Assembly: GCA_950097015.1 (NCBI GenBank)
Contig: CATNEN010000027.1
Coordinates: 910,286-974,285 of the forward strand
Reading direction: 5' to 3'
Source: Macrostomum hystrix
Lineage: Eukaryota; Animalia; Platyhelminthes
Length of the DNA stretch: 64,000 nt
Under the pieces are notes generated by a model. That model saw only the letters and a program-made list of their open reading frames with translations. It did no database searches and was not told the origin of the DNA. Position 1 is the stretch's first letter. The number at the start of each line of letters is the position of its first letter. Shown one piece after another: positions 11,891-21,800 of the stretch. The translations under genes were made by a program, and so were the position numbers.

Positions 11891-11981
11891 CGCCAAGTAC
11901 CCTGTCCACTAACCTAGCAACCTTGCAACGCACTGGCACATAGCCTAGCAACTATCAGTGAGCATAAATTGCCGCCCTCAG

Positions 11982-12547
11982 GTCTGCGCCAATTTGCCGC
12001 TCCCTCCGCGCCGGCCGAGGCTCTGCTGGACCAGCTTCGGGCACGTCAGGCGATCCGCGGCATCGGCAGGCCGACCCGGCCAGACAGCGTCGGTGGCACT
12101 GGCGATGGCGATAGTTTAGACGTGCCGCTGCATTGGTTCGACCCGCCGCAGACAGTCGCCTACTCGTCCAGGTATCGGCGAAAGCGCGGCTCCTGGGCGC
12201 TCGGCAACGACGAACCCATCGGGCACTACAGCGCCGCTGAATTTCGAGACTGCTGCGAAATTCCACAGTGGCTGAAGCACACGTCGGCTAGGCTGGTTCA
12301 GCTAGAGGCGGCTGCGGCAGCTGAGGCCGCCAGAGGCGAAGCTCCAGGATTGGTGGAACCCGAGGAGATCGACTGTCCCCAGGAGATCCTGAACTCACTG
12401 TACCGATCCACCCGTGCTCGAAACCTTCGACTTCGATCGGACGGCGACTGCGACTCTGACGTTGATCAAATGTCGAGTGGTTACTATGACAACCCGGGGT
12501 GCGATTTGACTGAAGAGCCGCCGCTTCCAGCGACTCTTATTCTATAG
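11982..12547 (+). CDS. Terminal exon of the single-pass membrane protein gene (LRQFAAPS...SSGYYDNPGCDLTEEPPLPATLIL*)
   Basis: ccctcAG acceptor in phase 1, 188-codon GC-rich open frame ending in TAG. Confidence 0.65.
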
Positions 12548-12574
12548 TGCCACCTCAATTGCCTTAACAAACCT

Positions 12575-13050
12575 AGCTCACAAACCTCACTCCCTGCTTC
12601 CAACGAACCCTAGTTCATTCAGACACCTCACTCCCTGACTTCACAAGAACCCTAGTTCAGCCAGCCACCTCACTCCCTGTTTCTGCAAGAATCCTTCCTT
12701 GTTTCTCTCCACAGAACCCTAGTTCATTCAGCCACCTCACTCCCTGACTCCACAAGAACCCTAGTTCAGCCAGCCACCTCACTCCCTGACTCCACAAGAA
12801 CCCTAGTTCAGCCAGCCACCTCACTCCCTGTTTCTGCAAGAATCCTAGTTCATCCAGCCACCTCACTCCCTGTTTCTGCAAGAATCCTTCCTTGTTTCTC
12901 TCCACAGAACCCTAGTTCATTCAGCCACCTCACTCCCTGACTCCACAAGAACCCTAGTTCAGCCAGCCACCTCACTCCCTGCCACTTCACAACCCTTAGT
13001 TTATCCAGCCACCTCACTCCTCACTCAAACAGAACTCAAGTTCACCCAAC
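12575..13050. repeat. About 41-bp degenerate minisatellite (CAGCCACCTCACTCCCTGACTCCACAAGAACCCTAGTTCAGC)
   Basis: Direct inspection. Confidence 0.85.
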
Positions 13051-13689
13051 CGCAAAGCTCATTGTGGGTGTATTACTTATGCTATTCAGATTGATATCTG
13101 TAAAAAACCACGAACCGCTATGTTTTCTAATAACAAGCTATAATCAATAAATTGAAGATTGGGGGAAAACGCCCAATCAATTTCCTTACTACACGGCTTT
13201 CGTAACGCAAACGTTTCAGAGCGTCAATACGGACAGTTTTCTACTTCGGTTATATTACAGAAAATAATAAGAATGGGAAAGCAAGAACGATCAGTACACA
13301 ATCAATTATAGGTTAGTATGGGCTGCCAGCGGAATCTAATCGTTAAGAAACGGCCTCCATCGCCATAATTATTCACACAGTCAGTTGGCAATCAGTGTAA
13401 CAACGCACCGCCATTTTAAGCTGGGAATTTCTAGGAAAGAATGTAGAGCGAACGAGAAACGTTGATAAGCTTGGCCCTCGGGGCAAAATCAGGGAAAATA
13501 ATTATGCCGCATTTCTGGGCTATCCTGCTATAGTTCCTGCTTCCAGAAAATATGCTACTAGCGGCGAATTCATTTTTGAATAGTTGCAGAATTGGATACT
13601 AAAGAAGGCCAAAAGAAGGCCAACAAAGAGAAAACACAATGGTGACAAAGCGGCAATACTAATAGTTTTGTTAATGTTTGCAAGAGGGC

Positions 13690-13915
13690 TGCGGGCATTT
13701 CAAGTATGCACTTTTTCTGTATCTCCCAAAATATTCAACCGATCGCCATGAAATCCAGAACAGGAGCTAAAATTTCCGCTCTACCCGAAGAAACAACTTC
13801 CAGGATCACAGAGCATCGGCATCGTCGAGATATTAAACGATTCTCGTCGAGGTGTTGTTTAGTGGCTGAAATGACCAACGTAAGGCATAGCTTTTCTGGT
13901 CACAAAATCTCATCA
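13690..13915 (+). mobile_element. Dispersed repeat, copy 1 (homologous to 34215-34445); probable non-autonomous TE fragment
   Basis: Shared runs aaaatatt-aaccgatcgccat-aaa, gctaaaattt--gctcta-ccga-gaaacaacttccag-atcaca, catcggcatcgt-agatatt-aacgattctc. Confidence 0.65.
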
Positions 13916-14295
13916 GATATCCATGTAGACGATTGTTGTTCATTATATCGTATTGATTATATTGTTAGTTTAAATATTTTAAAATCTATATGGATTCGCC
14001 ATAAGGTTTACACAGAGCAATGTTAGCTGTCCTTGTCACCAGGTACTTCGAAAATTTTGAAGGGCAGAACAGTTTTATCAATATGGTGGACTTTCACGAA
14101 AAATCGGTCATCGGGTTTGGGAGCTGTCGTGAAGTAGGCAATGGGGATTTGATATATCCCCGTGGTCTTCCCCAGGGGTAAAACATGTACACACACAGGG
14201 GTGCACTGTGACTTGAGGGTTGGCCTCCATGGGTGTAGATTGATCTCCCTGGAAACAAGACCCCAAGCCTTCTCTCCGCTGCTGCTTACAAAATA

Positions 14296-14375
14296 AATGT
14301 GGCCTCGCCGTGGAATCGAGCTCAGGGACCTCGGTGCCTAAGGCAAACACGTCGACCGCTCAGCCAACTCAACCC
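14296..14375 (-). mobile_element. tRNA-derived SINE-like head with Pol III A and B boxes; body probably extends towards about 14050
   Basis: Minus strand reads GGGTTGAGT-TGGCTGAGCGG-TCGACGTGTTTGCCTTAGGCACCGAGGTCCCTGA-GCTCGATTCC-ACGGCGAGGCCA. A box matches TRGCNNARYGG, B box is one mismatch from GTTCGANTCC, spacing is tRNA-like, but acceptor and T stems do not pair. Confidence 0.55.
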
Positions 14376-14715
14376 CTCTGACTTCGATCGTATTGGTCCG
14401 TTTTCAGCTAACAGCCATTATTTTCTACTTGTCAAGTACATATTAGTTGCTAGGGCCGCCATTTCCTCTCGCTCTGTACCGGTTTCACAGCGAAGGCGAA
14501 GGCAGCGGGGCATGAAAAGTGCGCACTTCACCTGACAGGGCAAGTTCTGAAAAGCAGCTGTGGCCCGCAGTTCGATCGTCAACTTATTTTAGAATAGACG
14601 CGGGACTTAACGGACTGAAAAGGAATCCTCCCCGTTTAACAACAATTTGCACTTTCACCGGACCTACCTGCTAATCACTTTGGCTAATGGCCGGTCAGGT
14701 ATGTTTAAAAGGGGC

Positions 14716-15040
14716 TATTGTGGGTCAGATTGTTATGAATCGTGTGGGTCAGATTGTTGTGAATCATGTGGGTCAGATTGTTGTGAATCATGTGGGTCAG
14801 ATTGTTGTGAATCGTTTGGGTCAGATTGTTGTGAATCGTTTGGGTCAGATTGTTGTGAATCGTTTGGGTCAGATTGTTGTGAATCGTTTGGGTCAGATTG
14901 TTGTGAATCGTTTGGGTCAGATTGTTGTGAATCGTTTGGGTCAGATTGTTGTGAATCGTTTGGGTCAGATTGTTGTGAATCGTTTGGGTCAGATTGTTGT
15001 GAATCATGTGGGTCAGATTGTTGTGAATCGTGTGGGTCAA
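14716..15040. repeat. 24-bp minisatellite (GGGTCAGATTGTTGTGAATCGTTT), about 13.5 copies
   Basis: Direct inspection. Confidence 0.95.
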
Positions 15041-15093
15041 AGCTGGTGCATATTTTTACAGTAACGAATCCAAAAGTCTCAGTCGCGGTGCAG

Positions 15094-15377
15094 TTAAAAC
15101 CGACCGCTTCGACCAACTTCGACCGTCGCATCAGCCGCGACCTCGTTCAGCGAGCAGGTGCTGGACGGGCTGCCGCCGCCGCACCAGTAGGACAGGCTAC
15201 GGAGGTAGCGACCACCAGGAGCTTTCTGCGTCTGGCGCAGTTGAGGCGGTGGCGGCGGCAGATAAGTCGGCGGTGGCGGCGGCGGCGGCGGCGGCGCAGG
15301 TAGCGGTGGTGGTGACAGATTTGGCGAGACCAATACGCCGCACGGAAAAGTGGCTGATCTAGTGACCCAGGCATGGC
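15094..15377 (-). CDS. Candidate terminal exon of a proline-rich protein (HAWVTRSATFPCGVLVSPNLSPPPLPAPPPPPPPPPTYLPPPPPQ...GRSGRF*)
   Basis: Good acceptor cacttcctattcgtcctacAG on the minus strand, GC-rich open frame to TAA; the upstream partner exon (probably within 15590-15990) is not resolved. Confidence 0.35.
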
Positions 15378-15589
15378 CTGTAGGACGAATAGGAAGTGGC
15401 TGCTGCTGCTGCTGCTGCTCGTTTTGCTCCGTTAGGAAATAATCCCTAAAACTTGTTGACAACGCAAACGGCAAAAAGGTTCGTTTAGCAGATTTTAGGT
15501 ATGCATTTCAAATATACAGGCAGACAACAGAACAAAATAAAACGTAAACAAAGACAGACAGGCATGCAGAGAGGATTCTATCGCTTCTA

Positions 15590-15965
15590 CCTCACTACCG
15601 ACTGCTGCTGTCTCCCCTGCCAAGCAACGGGCCACATTGAATCCCCCGATGCGGCTTTGTCAGCAGCTGCGGCTGCGGCACCGGCTTCATGCGGATGGCG
15701 CCATTCGAGCAGCAAGCGGAAGCAGCGGTTGTTGTCACCGACTCCGTCGGCGTCCGCTCGCCAGCGCAGGCGACGCCGCATTGGCGCCATGGCTCGGAGC
15801 AGGCGGAGCAGCAACGGTGGCATCAGCGAAGCCAGCTGTCGACGACGTCGCTGACGCTGGCGCCGCTGTCGACGCAGTCGGTGGGCCCGGAGAAGCAACC
15901 GGCGCCAGGTCGCTGGAACAGACGACGACCTGGTGACCATTGCCCTGACGGTGACGGCTGACACA
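15590..15965. other. GC-rich probable exon, strand and frame unresolved
   Basis: Several overlapping open frames on both strands with coding-like composition; no unique splice model. Confidence 0.3.
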
Positions 15966-16364
15966 TCGGAATTTCTGGGGTTCGCTTTTAGAAGGAAAGC
16001 TTAGATATGAAACATTTAGGCCCATGACATTCATCCCAGTCTGTCTGATTGGTTGAACGGTTTCATTGGAATGCCGAGAGGGATTATTATCTGCGCGTCG
16101 AAAAGCTCAAAGATTTAGTGACCACTTTTCCACGTATCTGACTACTAACAAATAGTCTAGCATGCCTTGGGTTTAAGATTCGTGTTTTCGCACCATGCAG
16201 TTAATTAAATAAATGGATCCGACATTGTCAAACACTCCATATGAACGATACGGCAAGGATTACTCAAGAGAACTTCGTTAAAGTTCGCTTTCTTGCCTTG
16301 CAGTATACCCTTAGGGCGCGTGCGTTTCAATTCTGTTTCAAGCGCTCTCAAAGCTTAATTGCTA

Positions 16365-17100
16365 GTGGGGTTTGTTAGTCTGCCCCACCCCAAACTAGTC
16401 TGAGCCAGGCTGTGAGGTTTGTTAGTCTGCCCACCACAAACTAGTCTGAGCCAGGCTGTGGGGTTTGTTAGTCTGCCCCACCCCAAACTAGTCTGAGCCA
16501 GGCTGTGGGGTTTGTTAGTCTGCCCACCACAAACTAGTCTGAGCCAGGCTGTGGAAAATGCTAGTCTGCCCCACCCCAAACTAGTCTGAGCCAGGCTGTG
16601 AGGTTTGTTAGTCTGCGCCACCCCAAACTAGTCTGAGCCAGGCTGTGGGGTTTGTTAGTCTGCCCACCACAAACTAGTCTGAGCCAGGCTGTGGGGTTTG
16701 TTAGTCTGCGCCACCCCAAACTAGTCTGAGCCAGGCTGTGGGGTTTGTTAGTCTGCCCCACCCCAAACTAGTCTGAGCCAGGCTGTGAGGTTTGTTAGTC
16801 TGCCCCACCCCAAACTAGTCTGAGCCAGGCTGTGAGGTTTGTTAGTCTGCCCCACCCCAAACTAGTCTGAGCCAGGCTGTGGGGTTTGTTAGTCTGCCCC
16901 ACCCGAAACTAGTCTGAGCCAGGCTGTGGGGTTTGTTAGTCTGCCCCACCCCAAACTAGTCTGAGCCAGGCTGTGGGGTTTGTTAGTCTGCCCCACCCCA
17001 AACTAGTCTGAGCCAGGCTGTGGGGTTTGTTAGTCTGCCCCACCCCAAACTAGTCTGAGCCAGGCTGTGGGGTTTGTTAGTCTGCCCCACCCCAAACTAT
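16365..17100. repeat. 47-bp minisatellite (GGGGTTTGTTAGTCTGCCCCACCCCAAACTAGTCTGAGCCAGGCTGT), about 15 copies
   Basis: Period 47 by inspection. Confidence 0.95.
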
Positions 17101-17829
17101 AGTCTGATCCAGGCTTTGTGGGTTTTGATCGTATTTTAAAAGATAGCTTGTAGCGATAGTTCTGCGCAACTTTACTGTTGATTGTTGACTATTATCAAGA
17201 ATGAGAATTAATTGATGAGAATTAATTAAATTCGAAAGTGGTTTCATCAGAAAGGCATTAAAATTTTCTGATGTTTTTTTCCTAATTCTGTCAGCTATCG
17301 AAGTAATGAGAATTAGTCTTTGACGTGGAAAGGTCGTTTTATTTTGCTCATTTTAATCAACTCCTCAATGTCGAGCCGACCCAAAGAACCTTTCATTATT
17401 TTTCTGTTGGAAAGTACAAAGTCAAAGAAGGCCTTTATTGGCAACTTTTTAGCGTGTCATTTTTCTGCAATGCCACTTAAGCTTATTATAGCTGTCTGAT
17501 TACACTGAGTAGTGCTAAGCGAGTCGATCCCATCCTAACAATACCTATAAAAGCAGAACAGTCAGATTAAAATCCATTTGTTCACCAAACCGGAACTGGG
17601 TGGCGAGAGGAAAGAGTGATTAGCGTGGACACGGGTAGGACAACGGGAGTCGGGACACGATAGGACGGCCGTTTCCCATTAGGGATTAGCTGATTGACTC
17701 TGTGTTGAGCAGGCGGATGGGTGGGAGTGAGGATAATCTTAGCCGCCCAGTCTCAAAAGGGATTCTTTTATCTTTCTCTGACGCTTGCCCGAGGCCCGGT
17801 AACAATCCACCCACGTGCTCCCGAGTCCC

Positions 17830-17914
17830 TATAAAAGTAGGAGAAGTCCCGGCCGTTGAGAACTTCGCTCCACTCCCAACAGGATCCCAGCTTCTCTGCG
17901 ACTCTCTGGTAAGT
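17830..17914 (+). promoter_or_regulatory. TATA box (TATAAAAG, 17830-17837) and probable non-coding first exon ending at a GTAAGT donor (17909)
   Basis: Consensus TATA, then ctg|GTAAGT about 70 nt downstream; about 360 nt upstream of the secreted-peptide ATG. Confidence 0.45.
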
Positions 17915-18269
17915 GCGGCACACTGTCATGTCGAAGTCTTTATAATCCTCGGCATAGAATCATTGTCGCTAGCCGTTACGTTTAAAGAACACGAAGGCGC
18001 TTGGGTTTATGAATTGAAGAAGTATTCTCAAACAGCTACAAATTGGCATGAGCACGAAGCTCGCTCTTATATTTCTTTGCCCTTAAGGGTATTGAAGTTT
18101 CTAGCAAATAAGGTGTTACAGTAACATTTTGCACCGATGGCAAATAGACTACTTTTAGAAGAGAATAAGTCTATAAATCAATCAGAATAGCGTGCAGCAC
18201 ATGCAGCACAAGCCTAAAGGATTGCATCATACATTTTTCAGAGCTTTGCAAACCGTAGATTCAGCAGGT

Positions 18270-18596
18270 ATGTCTCTCTCGAACAAGTCACTGATCTGCC
18301 TGCTACTGGTGTTGGCCGCCGCAATCGCTGCGGCTTCGGCTAGTTCTGAGAACAGGAGACAGCAGCAGCAGCAGTCATCGACGCTGGCCGCACGGAACTG
18401 CGAGCTGGGAATCGGCTCGCGCGCTGTCTGCCAACGCAACTCGGACTGCTGCGGCAAGAACATCTGCCTGCGGAGGCGCGGCAGGAAAAGCGGCTACTGC
18501 TGCTGCAGTCTGCCAGACAACGCCGAGATGCTCATTAAAAGGCCGCCGCCGCCGCCGGAGGCTCTGATGCTGGCTGATACAAGCCGCTCCTACTGA
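18270..18596 (+). CDS. 108-aa secreted precursor of a cysteine-rich knottin (ICK)-like peptide
   Basis: Signal peptide MSLSNKSLICLLLVLAAAIAAASA; pro-region with RR and AAR; Cys core C-x9-C-x5-CC-x4-C-x10-CCC; KR followed by a Pro-rich tail; AATAAA at 18731-18736. Confidence 0.75.
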   Translation: MSLSNKSLICLLLVLAAAIAAASASSENRRQQQQQSSTLAARNCELGIGSRAVCQRNSDCCGKNICLRRRGRKSGYCCCSLPDNAEMLIKRPPPPPEALMLADTSRSY

Positions 18597-18877
18597 ACTG
18601 CCGGACTGCGCGCCTGTGAAGGCCACGCGTTGAACTTTCACGCAACCAGCAAATACCCACACTGAACTCATCCCAAACCCCCTGGACTGCTTGAATATCG
18701 GTGTAATGTGAAAGGCAAATGGAGATACTAAATAAATATACTGTTGTTGACCTAAAAGACGCGAAATGTTCTGCTTTTTTCTGCTTCTATATACAAACTA
18801 TCGTTTTTTTAGCTTTTCTTATACTTCCATCCCGACTAAAGCAAAAAGGCTGACTCATCGTTTGTGAACTGTGAATC

Positions 18878-21800
18878 AGTGTCTCCAGTGAGAGAGAGTC
18901 GGTGTCTCCAGTGAGAGAGAGTCACAGTGTTTAGTGAGAGAGTTAGTGTCTCCAGTGAGAGAGAGTCCGTGTCTCCAGTGAGAGAAAGTCGGTGTCTCCA
19001 GGGAGAGAGAGTCGGTGTCTCCAGTGAGAGAGAGTCCCAGTGTTTAGTGAGAGAGTTAGTGTCTCCAGTGAGAGAGAGTCGGTGTCTCCAGTGAGAGAGT
19101 CAGTGTCTCCAGTGAGAGAGAGTCGGTGTCTCCAGTGAGAGAGTCAGTGTCTCCAGTGAGAGAGAGTCGGTGTCTCCGGTGAGAGAGTCAGTGTCTCCAG
19201 TGAGAGAGAGTCCCAGTGTTTAGTGAGAGAGTCAGTGTCTCCAATGAGAGAGAGTCGGTGTCTCCAGTGAGAGAGTTAGTGTCTCCAGTGAGAGAGAGTC
19301 CGTGTCTCCAGTGAGAGAAAGTCGGTGTCTCCAGGGAGAGAGAGTCGGTGTCTCCAGTGAGAGAGTCAGTGTCTCCAGTGAGAGAGAGTCCCAGTGTTTA
19401 GTGAGAGAGTTAGTGTCTCCAGTGAGAGAGAGTCGGTGTCTCCAGTGAGAGAGTCAGTGTCTCCAGTGAGAGAGAGTCGGTGTCTCCAGTGAGAGAGTCA
19501 GTGTCTCCAGTGAGAGAGTCAGTGTCTCCAGTGAGAGAGAGTCGGTGTCTCCAGTGAGAGAGTCAGTGTCTCCAGTGAGAGAGAGTCGGTGTCTCCGGTG
19601 AGAGAGTCAGTGTCTCCAGTGAGAGAGAGTCCCAGTGTTTAGTGAGAGAGTTAGTGTCTCCAATGAGAGAGAGTCGGTGTCTCCAGTGAGAGAGTCAGTG
19701 TCTCCAGGGAGAGAGAGTCGGTGTCTCCGGTGAGAGAGTCAGTGTCTCCAGTGAGAGAGTCACAGTGTTTAGTGAGAGAGTTAGTGTCTCCAGTGAGAGA
19801 GATTCGGTGTCTCCAGTGAGAGTCAGTGTCTCCAGTGAGAGAGAGTCGGTGTCTCCAGTGAGAGAGTCGGTGTCTCCAGTGAGAGAGTCGGTGTCTCCAG
19901 TGAGAGAGAGTCACAGTGTTTAGTGAGAGAGTTAGTGTCTCCAGTGAGAGAGAGTCGGTGTCTCCAGTGAGAGAGTCAGTGTCTCCAGTGAGAGAGAGTC
20001 GGTGTCTCCAGTGAGAGAGAGTCCCAGTGTTTAGTGAGAGAGTTAGTGTCTCCAGTGAGAGAGAGTCGGTGTCTCCAGTGAGAGAGTCAGTGTCTCCAGT
20101 GAGAGAGTCAGTGTCTCCAGTGAGAGAGTCACAGTGTTTAGTGAGAGAGTTAGTGTCTCCAGTGAGAGAGTCACAGTGTTTAGTGAGAGAGTTAGTGTCT
20201 CCAGTGAGAGAGTCACAGTGTTTAGTGAGAGAGTTAGTGTCTCCAGTGAGAGAGTCACAGTGTTTAGTGAGAGAGTTAGTGTCTCCAGTGAGAGAGTCGG
20301 TGTCTCCAGTGAAAGTCAGTGTCTCCAGTGAGAGAGAGTCGGTGTCTCCAGTGAGAGAGAGTCGGTGTCTCCAGTGAGAGAGAGTCAGTGTCTCCAGTGA
20401 GAGAGAGTCGGTGTCTCCAGTGAGAGAGAGTCAGTGTCTCCAGTGAGAGAGAGTCGGTGTCTCCAGTGAGAGAGAGTCAGTGTCTCCAGTGAGAGAGAGT
20501 CGGTGTCTCCAGTGAGAGTCAGTGTCTCCAGTGAGAGAGAGTCGGTGTCTCCAGTGAGAGAGAGTCCCAGTGTTTAGTGAGAGAGTTAGTGTCTCCAGTG
20601 AGAGAGAGTCGGTGTCTCCAGTGAGAGAGTCAGTGTCTCCAGTGAGAGAGTCAGTGTCTCCAGTGAGAGAGAGTCAGTGTCTCCAGTGAGAGAGAGTCGG
20701 TGTCTCCAGTGAGAGAGAGTCAGTGTCTCCAGTGAGAGAGAGTCGGTGTCTCCAGTGAGAGTCAGTGTCTCCAGTGAGAGAGAGTCGGTGTCTCCAGTGA
20801 GAGAGAGTCCCAGTGTTTAGTGAGAGAGTTAGTGTCTCCAGTGAGAGAGAGTCGGTGTCTCCAGTGAGAGAGTCAGTGTCTCCAGTGAGAGAGTCAGTGT
20901 CTCCAGTGAGAGAGTCACAGTGTTTAGTGAGAGAGTTAGTGTCTCCAGTGAGAGAGATTCGGTGTCTCCAGTGAAAGTCAGTGTCTCCAGTGAGAGAGAG
21001 TCGGTGTCTCCAGTGAGAGAGAGTCGGTGTCTCCAGTGAGAGAGAGTCAGTGTCTCCAGTGAGAGAGAGTCGGTGTCTCCAGTGAGAGAGAGTCGGTGTC
21101 TCCAGTGAGAGAGAGTCAGTGTCTCCAGTGAGAGAGAGTCGGTGTCTCCAGTGAGAGTCAGTGTCTCCAGTGAGAGAGAGTCGGTGTCTCCAGTGAGAGT
21201 CAGTGTCTCCAGTGAGAGAGAGTCGGTGTCTCCAGTGAGAGTCAGTGTCTCCAGTGAGAGAGAGTCGGTGTCTCCAGTGAGAGAGAGTCACAGTGTTTAG
21301 TGAGAGAGTTAGTGTCTCCAGTGAGAGAGAGTCAGTGTCTCCAGTGAGAGAAAGTCGGTGTCTCCAGGGAGAGAGAGTCGGTGTCTCCAGTGAGAGAGAG
21401 TCCCAGTGTTTAGTGAGAGAGTTAGTGTCTCCAGTGAGAGAGAGCCAGTGTCTCCAGTGTGAGAGTCGGTGTCTCCAGTGAGAGAGTCAGTGTCTCCAGT
21501 GAGAGAGAGCCAGTGTCTCCAGTGTGAGAGTCGGTGTCTCCAGTGAGAGAGTCAGTGTCTCCAGTGAGAGAGAGTCGGTGTCTCCAGTGAGAGAGAGTCA
21601 GTGTCTCCAGTGAGAGAGAGTCGGTGTCTCCAGTGAGAGCCAGTGTCTCCAGTGAGAGAGAGTCGGTGTCTCCAGTGAGAGAGTCGGTGTCTCCAGTGAG
21701 AGTCAGTGTCTCCAGTGAGAGAGAGTCGGTGTCTCCAGTGAGAGAGAGTCAGTGTCTTCAGTGAGAGAGTCGGTGTCTCCAGTGAGAGAAAGTCGGTGTC

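Noticed and set aside
13260-13645. AT-rich candidate exons (NNKNGKARTISTQSII; LDTKEGQKKANKEKTQ)
   Set aside because: AG/GT-bounded and open, but short, with no recognisable product or linked exons; could easily arise by chance.
14296-14375. Functional tRNA gene
   Set aside because: Acceptor and T stems do not pair and the anticodon loop is non-canonical; treated as a SINE-like head.
17600-18100. LTR of a retrotransposon
   Set aside because: No second copy, primer-binding site or gag/pol nearby; the TATA box and donor are better explained as the promoter of the peptide gene.
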